From assembly GCF_000485595.1 (NCBI RefSeq), contig NW_014577064.1, positions 629,528-677,970 on the forward strand: a stretch of 48,443 nt of DNA, in the 5' to 3' direction. Origin of the DNA: Priapulus caudatus. Lineage: Eukaryota. Made by a program: the position numbers and the translations under genes. Numbering within the stretch: the first letter of the stretch is position 1; the number at the start of each line of letters is the position of its first letter. Positions 39,237-48,443 of this stretch are shown piece after piece. Under the pieces are notes generated by a model. The model had not been told where the DNA came from, searched no databases, and worked only from the letters and a program-made list of their open reading frames with translations.

Positions 39237-42171
39237 GTAAATGTCATCGCATTACCTTAACGCGTATAATGTGACATAGAACCAGCTATGTTCGCATTAT
39301 TTACCTGCTAATAGCAATCATCGGATTGTAAGGTGAACACACTCATTAGCAATTCTGATCCGTCACTCAGCTTTGGGTATACATGCGGTATTCACACGTG
39401 ATTGATGTAATCAACTAGACAAATGAACGTTTGTGTCGTTTGAATGATGCAATTACGCTTCATGCCGCTACGCTATATAAGCTTCAAGTACCATCATCTG
39501 TCATCTGTGCACGACCGTATTTCGTTATAAATACACCAGTAGTTGAGTTAACATCACGTTTCTCTGAGATAGTCATTCACATCAAACTGATATCGTTCGC
39601 ATAGAGTAGTAACAAGGGTTGTTGCTCGATAAATCACATGTGAACGGATGTATTTCACAATGTTGGCTTCTGCAAAACGTGAAACAACGTATAAAAAATA
39701 ACCCGACTTCCAAAACGAGTTTTTCGCACAAATAGTAGCGATGATTTTGTAGGTATAGTTTTGTTTAGTAGTGTTTATTGCGGGAAGCGTAGTCACAAAC
39801 AGTCACATTTTGATAGGTTTGAAACGTGCGCTTGGTCACAAATCGACAAATTCCATCACAGTTCGGCAACGATCGGCGTGAATAAAGGTTAACTAGGTAG
39901 AAGACAGCCCAGCGCTTTTTTCTCGTCGGATTGCTTGTTATGTAGTGAACTGTGCTAGTGAATTAGTATCTAGCACTAATACGCACGCACGCACGCACGC
40001 ACGCGCGCACGCACGCACCCCCCCCATATATATATAAAGGAACTGTGAACAGGGTGATTGATACGTTCTTCCAGTGGGCAGCACAAGGCGACCTTGCATG
40101 CCACTTGTCATTTGAAAAATGGGATTTCGCAGGGAACGGCCTCAGGCAGAGGCAGACTTTGTATTTCATCAGCGAGCCATTTCTTCGGGAACGCGTTATC
40201 AAGCAGGATAATTATACGGCTGAGTCTGGCTGCCTTATGAACTGCTTAAGTGTTGAGTTACCACAGACAACTAGCCGCAAACAACGTGAAATATTACGAC
40301 CCATGCCACGCGCTTATCTAACACCGCGCGTACGTCTCTCTCGGAACCATAGAAAAATGGAAGACTTCTTGGGAGTGTTGGAACGAGAAGGAAACCATAG
40401 TTGAGAAATTTTCGCTCAATGATTTTACGAGATAAGATTTTATATACGAGCACAGCGAACACAAGCCATTATCGCTCTGTAATCACGTGGATAATATCCT
40501 CGTCCTTGTATCGTGCATGCATAAGGTTTTGAAGTTCTATAATAAGTGGTTTTGGTCTGGAAGCTCACAGTGATTATAGGTTGGGCGGTATACACGTATG
40601 GGAACCCCGCAGGCGGAAACACCACGTAGTTAACACCTAACCAAGATCACCTCGGCATGGGCGGCGCAAAAAAAACAGGAATGAAATTTTTATTAAATCA
40701 ATTTAATTGATGTCTATCGCTAACTTGAACCAACATAGGATAGTTGCAGTGGATCCCAGAGAGTCGACCCAGGCCTCTGCTTCATACATCATGTTTAAGC
40801 ATGCTTAAAATACACGGCGCGTGAAAACCACTTCCTCTTTTTATGTGAGACTGAAACTCGCAGGTGTATGCCTCTGTAGACGCGCGCAGTGCAGTGCAGT
40901 GCTGACGACACCTGCCGCTTTCCGGACTGTCCAGCAGCGTGTGAAAATGAACCCATCACGGCGCCCGATCAACAACAACAACCTATTGTAGGCATTCTCG
41001 CTGTAATCCCGCACGTATTCCGCCTGTTAGGGAAATTTAATGCGTATTTACGCCAAGAAGAACAGAGCCATGCACGCCCACGGCGCTCCGCAGTTGTACG
41101 CTAGTATCGTATCCGCTATGCAGCGGCGCCAGTCCGACACTGTTGCCGGTCGAAAATTGTCCGGAGCAGCACAAAGCACGCTTCGTCCTCACCCTGTGCA
41201 TCGCATTGATCCGCAAACCAGTCTTCGCCGTCTGCGTGCTGCGTGACGGGGGTCGGACGTTACACGTTCACGGTCGCGCGCTCATGCAGAAGCGGTTGAG
41301 AATCTAAATCCTCTCGCAGGAGGGCACGAACCCCAGCCCGGATCCCGCGGCCAACCAGAGATAACATCATGGGAACGTATAGGTGGCGCCCGCCCGGCAC
41401 CGTCGGCTCCGGCGAAAAACCGCATTCACTTCATCTCGCTTTCTGCAACGCCTAGATTTATATATACAGGTTAGACAGGAGCAGACTGGTGACGCATAGA
41501 CGAGCGTAAAAGTATCGCACCGTACTAGTCAGACTGGGCCACACCCTGCATGATCATGATGCTAAAATAATGCAGATTAATTGAACTCAGGATAGCGCGG
41601 CAGACTACTTTCGTAAAACGGGTAATCTCTGCCCAACCCAATCTCTGTCACACTCAGTTCCTTAAGTCTATTGATTTAGTCCCGAGTTTCTTCACGGTTT
41701 CAGATTGCTGCTCACGAATGAATGTTATATTTCGCATAAGAAAAACCGTGTTGCAAATCGTTTTCTATGTGTATAAGGGCGTATAGGAAGGAGAACTTGT
41801 GTGGGCTGGCAACGTACGCATACATTTGCCTCCCAGAAGCGCGCGATCGCACCATCGTCAAGATGCGTGAATCGCGTGCTTTGTGCGCGATACCGGTCTT
41901 GTTTTTAAATCCACGCATGAAAGGATCATTGTGCATGATCAGACTAATAGCGGTGCTCTATTTGAACGGCGCGGGACAGCGAAAGTCTGGCGCGGGTTTC
42001 ATACACGCGCGCGTTCACCTGACAGGCAGGTCCGCGTGAATTGACCGGTGATTCCATTAGCTGCAGTACAGGAACTTGGGTCGGTTGGTTGTATTCACCC
42101 ATTTTTATCTGTCAATAGTAATAATAATATTAATATAATAATAAGAAAGAACATCAAATAAAATATATGAT

Positions 42172-42212
42172 CAGGAGCCCATTAACCCATTAATGGGGTT
42201 AATGGGCTCTTG
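42172..42212. mobile_element. 41-bp palindrome CAGGAGCCCATTAACCC...GGGTTAATGGGCTCTTG with perfect ATATGAT duplication
   Basis: Arms match 16/17; identical 7-mers at 42165-42171 and 42213-42219. Confidence 0.8.
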
Positions 42213-42379
42213 ATATGATGTGGGAGAAGGGCACATATACGCGTAAATAACATTAAATTGGAGAACTTTCCATTAAAAAGAGTATCGTTGATATATTCCT
42301 AAATGGCGAGGCGCGAGAATGCACGAGGCCACAGTATGTAAGGACAGAGAGACAAACCAACAGAGAGAACAGGCAAAGA

Positions 42380-42448
<69 letters not shown>

Positions 42449-45206
42449 AGAAAGAGAGAGAGAGAGAGAGAGAGTAAGAGGAAAAGAGAGAGGAGGAGTT
42501 AGGTAGAGGAGGACAGAGGCGGAGGGGAGAAAGTGCAAGGGGGGGCAAGAGAGAGAGTGAATGTGCAAAGGGGACGAACAGAGAGAGTGTGTGTGAGTGA
42601 GTGAGAGGGAAAGGAAGAGATTAAGTGAAAGTAATGCCGGGAAGTTGAGTAATGAGATAATCGCAGCTATTTATAATGTCTTCCTCCCAGCATTGTTCTC
42701 TGTCTCCCCTGTCTCACAATGCCGCCTCGCGCGTCCTGACCATCCAACACAATACAGATATATATATATAGCCGTAATAGCGGAAGTATGCCCGTATGTG
42801 CGTGTGTGGGCGTGAGAGCGCGCCTGTGTGCGTGCGCGCGGGCGTGTGTGTGCGCGGGCGCGTGTACGTAAACGTGCTTATCCCGTGTTCCCCGCACCCA
42901 TTTCATACCAGGCCTGTGTGTAGATACGCACGCACGCACGCGCGCGCACACGCTCACACAGGCACACGCACGCTCACATGCACGCGCGCACACCCGCAGA
43001 TATGTGGTATAATGAGTGTCACGTACATATGCATCTGCAATAATGAAGAGTACAATGTTTAGCCGGGCGGCACGGCATGGCATGATCGCGTTCTATGTGA
43101 GACTTGTATAGACTCATCCGTTGGTTGTAACGCACTCTTCGCCAGACCTCGGTCATTCACTCTTCCTTTTGCAGTCACGTGATTCGTTCCACCTGAGTGC
43201 ATCGACTATTTTGATTTCATCCGTGTATTGTGCGGATGACCCGTGTACACTATGCGAGCATCCTTGCTCATAGTATAGTACTTTCCTTCCGTTAACACCT
43301 CTGTATATAGTCATAAACTCGTTGCATTGGATATTATTAATATACCTAGCACTTCTCAGAGTTCTGGCCTTCTATTTGCTATAATCAAAATTAATACATA
43401 CGCAGAGTATCTGATAATAATAGACTCATGTAATATAATGGCATCTGTACTACTACTACTACTACTAAAGATTCACTGCTCCTGCTATTGCGTATTAGTG
43501 CCTGAGGTGGTCGGTCGTCGGAATTAATGAAAGCGCGTATGATCACGTGATAACTGCTCCATTTGGAAATACGACTTTCACTCGAGCTATTATAGCAGGT
43601 AGCAGCATACATTGTTAGCGCTATATCATTAAATAAATATTAGTATTCATCTGTCTGATGCGTGCGAATTCGATGTGTGGGTTGGGTATGTCTATGTCTC
43701 ATTATTTAGAGACGAAAGACGAATGACACACTGCACTCCACCCGTAACTGATCAGACTATTAATCTCATCGTGTCTCAAACTCATTACTTATCAGAAATT
43801 AAATGTAGTACAAGGCAAGTAAATGCCTATCGAGGCATTAATGATTTTTTTTTTGGCGGCATAACATCGGGATTTGTAGTTGGCATTCATGATCCGTCGT
43901 ACCATACATTTATGCGGCGCTAGATCACCTGATCTGTCTACCACTGAAACGTAACGAGTAGAGTTAAAAGCCGATTAGAAAGTCGCTGTCAGAATTTTTT
44001 TTATAACGAAACACGAGTTGCTCTAGTTCTGTCAATAACTTTCAATCGCGCACGTCTTTGCACGCATAAAATACGCCAGCGGTGTGATGTACATATCACC
44101 AAGGACTCGACATTTATCACGCGAGCTGATTAGCTATTCAATTTACAGCCGGTACGTGGTGAGGTGATAACGGTTTCTGATGTGACGCAGGATAGAGCCA
44201 ATGTAGCACGATAGACATTCCCCCCCATGGTGGCGATCGCCCCCTTTATACATGGGCAATAGAGGTCAGATCCCCATACGCATGCGCGATGCGCCATGCT
44301 AGACTTTCTTATGCAAGACGTGCGCAATGTATAGGGAGATATATGCCATAGGGCCATGTGTATTATGCTACTCGGGCCGCGCACTATAAACCGCCTAAGA
44401 GACACGAGACACGAGATACAAGATATAAGATATAAGATACGAGATATAAGAGACACGAGGTCGTGCAGTTATACATGCGACAGCAGATAGTCATCATAAT
44501 CTGATATTTATACGCATTTACGCATCAAAGCGTGTCCTTATGCAGCGATTGCTGTTAGCTGCACCTGCGAACACTGCAAGGACCGTGAAGTTGTATATAA
44601 ATGAATAAAAAAGTACGCGTGAACGAAATTTATTGATACGGAGAAATCTTTATATTTTAAGAGATAAATTATTATCACACAATGAATATAAGGCGGAATT
44701 AGCATATTCATATCATTAGCATATCATTAGCATATTCATATCACTCGCCACTGTTCGCAAAATCTTGTCATTTAGCAGTTCAGCTAGGTTTAGTAGTTGC
44801 AGACGATATTACCACTTCCATAGCAACCCTTGTGTGCATATCATTAGCAAACTAATAACGCAACCTCATCACCACTAGATAAAAGAAACTCATACATAAC
44901 GCCATTTGCAATGTAAACATTTAGGAATTATTTCTTCTTATAATATATAAACAATTTGCGCATTAAAAGTGTATCATTGAAAATTAAATAGAGTGTTTTA
45001 GGCATAACATACAAAATATAATGCACTATCACCCTTCCTCCTACACACATCCGACACATATGCACGAACCCACACACTCCACACACATGCACGAATACAC
45101 GTACGCACGCACGCACGCACGCACGCACACGCACGCACGTACACACACGCACGATGAAATGAAAATATAAATAACTAAATATTCTAAAAGATAATTAAAT
45201 AAATAA

Positions 45207-45260
<54 letters not shown>

Positions 45261-45377
45261 CTCTCTCTCGAAAGAGCGATGCAGAAAATAAACGAATATA
45301 CTGCATGTTAAACATGACATATATGGAAGGATGTTGAATAGATGTGTAATCAGTTGTTTATGTTGCTGCTGCTGCAG

Positions 45378-45497
45378 TGAGCGAGGTCGGAGATGAGCGG
45401 GAGATCCCCACCAACCATCTGCCAGCGACCGGTAGTCAACGCAACGCTGTCCCCAAAGTTAATGAGATCTGCATTCCGACTGTCGGCTTTGCACTAG
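45378..45497 (+). CDS. Cuticlin/ZP protein penultimate exon (juxtamembrane region)
   Basis: Acceptor ctgcag, donor G|GTAGGT; SEVGDEREIPTNHLPATGSQRNAVPKVNEICIPTVGFAL ends in the cuticlin-type IC....GF pre-transmembrane motif. Confidence 0.78.
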
Positions 45498-46312
45498 GTA
45501 GGTACCAAATACTAAACGAAGATGCGCACGTACGTACCACCGCACCAACATAACGCGTTCACAACAGGCTGCTCGAGTTGTCTTGAAATTGCGCTTGAAA
45601 ATCCGACATCGGGCCATTCTCATCAGGACTGTCACAAGGGTTTCTGCAGAGTGAATAAGGGAACATTTATTAGATGCAATACACCATGCCCAGAGTATGG
45701 ATATTACACGGATTACGTTATCGAGAGCTCGGTGTAAAGATGATTACAAATAGACAAGAAATAGACAACCACAAATAATTATATTAATGAAACATTGAGG
45801 GAGCACAGCTTCTGATGTACAGTCTCAAAGCACCTATAAAATAAACGCTCACGACAGTAAAACTATTACGAACAGACAGTTACAGTTAGTAGACAGTAAC
45901 ACGACAGTAAGTATATGTAGCAAACATGACAGTATAGACCTATATATAAATATAATAATAAAGGAGGTCACATTATTACATAGCGGAGCGACTATTGTTT
46001 CTTGAGTAGGAGAACTAAATGTTTCCTAGACGCTGTTAATGAACTATTCTCATTTTTAACTATTTTCATGAACTAATGAACTATTCTTTGAACTAATGAA
46101 ACTATTCTTTGAATTCTAATCATTCGTTTGAATCTAATCAATCGTTTGAATTCTAATCAATCATTTGAATTCTATTCATAACTATTCATGAATTCTTTGA
46201 ACTCATGAACTAATGAACTAAAGAATAATGAACTATTCTCATGAACATTTAACCATTTTAATATTAGCTTGTTCGTTACGGATTGTAATCATTCGAAATG
46301 TTTTTCATCCAG

Positions 46313-46470
46313 GAATCGCGATATTTGCCGGAATCTTCCTGCTGTCGATTGTGATCAGCGCGTTCATGTGCGCGAAGGTTCGGGGAAGGAAGAGTGTCGA
46401 GTACGACAACCCAATGATGAGCACATTTGGCAGCTCCCGCTCCACCATTACTCCGCCAAACTACCAATAG
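46313..46470 (+). CDS. Cuticlin/ZP protein last exon (transmembrane helix and short cytoplasmic tail)
   Basis: Acceptor tttttcatccag, in phase with the previous exon (G|GA); GIAIFAGIFLLSIVISAFMCAKVRGRKSVEYDNPMMSTFGSSRSTITPPNYQ*. Confidence 0.82.
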
Positions 46471-48443
46471 AGGGCGTGACGACCAAACTCACCACAGGCG
46501 AGCGTGGACTACCATTCGTACCGAAATGATGCACAGGGATCGGCGAAGAGTGACGTCATGGATGTGGTTTGTGCATTCGCTCGTCTAGTTTCTTTGAATG
46601 GACGACGTGCATGAGATGTGTGCTGGATGGTTCATCGATATAATTTATCTCTGCGGGACGCAGTCATAAGATATATACGCTGTTCCATCAGCCTAATTCG
46701 TGATGGTGCTTCTATGGCGGACACTATAGTAGAGAGTCTAGGCAACATTTCGATCGTCCATGCTTCTCACTGCATAGAAAATACAACAACTACTGCGTTC
46801 TAAGTCTGTATGAGTGTTCACGTACTGACCCACGAACCACCGCGATGCCATAGCGAAAACTGCCTCTTAATCTCCTAGTGAAACATATAAGTATTGATGA
46901 TAATTTGGCACGGTTTATATAACATCCAACGACACGCCCATGAGTAGGCCCTAGATTTAACTGTGAGTAGCTCTAGGAAATCAGCAATATAAAAATCCAA
47001 TGTTTCGAAATGAGCATCGATAACTTACTACTCTTACTAAGAGTCTGCCCTCACGCGAAAGGATTGAGCACAGCTGGATACATTCGTAAATGGAATTCGC
47101 CATCTTTATGCATGTATCATGCGTCTCAACCCGTATTTCTTGCAATAATCTAGGCATCCACTTTATGTTATCCGTATTGTATAATGCACACGTCTGCCAA
47201 TAATTAGAATGTCAATCCTGTTTTACCGCTTGACAACACTTGGCAGCAGAAAGCGTTCACGACATTGCGAAGTCGTGGCCTATATTTTGTCTGGATGTCA
47301 CGAGGGTAAATATGCTGCCCATTGTGTAATCTCGTACTTTGTTTCTTGGAAGTAAGAAAGATGGAACGTGATAAATAACTCATCACGTTGCATTTCCTGC
47401 TCGAAAATAAGGCAAACGCTTTTTTGTAATAACTTTGCACTTAGAAACATTGATGAGTGTTATATGTATAACCTATATAGGAAGGAGATCATTGACAGAC
47501 ACGGGAAATTCAACTACCAGATTCACGCTCAAGAATATAATCTTAGATATATGTTTTCATCACAATGTTTAATTTCTCCAGTAATACCCGCTCCTGTGAC
47601 GATATTAATCGCCACGTAAACACTCTTTCTCAAATAGTGAGTGTTTGTACGGCCCGTATATACTGTTAACTAAATATCGAATGGATATTACTAATGAGCT
47701 GACGATAGTATATGATACTTGCAAGGCACAAATGACTATTGTACATAGATGCTGATGACAAAATGTTATGATTTAGTCATCATATTACTATCAAAATGTT
47801 TTATTTTATAACCTGTAAGGCTATACAACATATACAAACACAGGCCGGTAGATGACGCCACGTCACCTACACGTGCCGTCCGACCTGTGGGTGTCGATAT
47901 GTATGTATAGAATAGGTAATTGTATAATATATCACATGCTGTTGACGCCATGTGTGTATATAACGCTACTTTTATTCGAGATAAATAAAAATAAATGGTT
48001 TATTTTATACTATAAGAAGCAATTGTTGCGCCTATTATTTTTACTCTCGTATTGAGAACACCAGCAGTGTCGCGCAAACATTCGAATACAAACTCAAACT
48101 CTACAGCTATTATTTAAAATCGAGTGTTCAAATAATCTAGCTTATATTGTAGTGTAGGAATTATTTTGTTATAAATCATATAGATAATTATAGGCAACAT
48201 GTTAATTATTACGTTAGTTGAATATTGTTGGTATTTTCAGGTAAGCAAATTTGTTTTTGTTGCCAGAGTTACTCATTGTTGCTAACACTTCGTCGAAACT
48301 TCTGTTAACGTCATGACACGATTAGTACCACGAACATATTTATGCAAATAATATTACAATATTACTTCGAATAAAACACATTACATAAATATATTGTAGA
48401 AACATGTTTACTAATGTCTATATTATATTTCTATTATATTAAT

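Noticed and set aside
41712..41936. Minus-strand PHKF as the missing ZP-C AHKFP motif
   Set aside because: Wrong strand and lacks the surrounding CP.D and Y.QC residues.

Overview
Eukaryotic, intron-containing genomic DNA from a protostome invertebrate. An ecdysozoan is likely given the cuticlin, chitin deacetylase and ionotropic receptor genes, but the species cannot be determined here. The window is rich in micro- and minisatellites, has one 10-N gap (32264-32273) and several indel-noisy stretches. Recognisable coding pieces, all on +: the last exon of an SBF/MTMR5-13 gene (527-619), an intronless divergent ionotropic receptor (10607-11998), exons of a cuticlin/ZP-domain membrane protein (35062-46470) and the 5' four exons of a CBM14-LDLa chitin deacetylase (38116-39236). 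Two things stand out. First, seven tiny CARGAG...CTCYTG palindromes (38-144 bp), six flanked by exact or near-exact 7-bp direct repeats, look like excision footprints of several P/Galileo-type transposon families. Second, the cuticlin exons appear out of order and incomplete, with a truncated chitin deacetylase on the same strand between them; this is either a real rearrangement or an assembly artefact. Most ORFs in the supplied track are microsatellite read-through.
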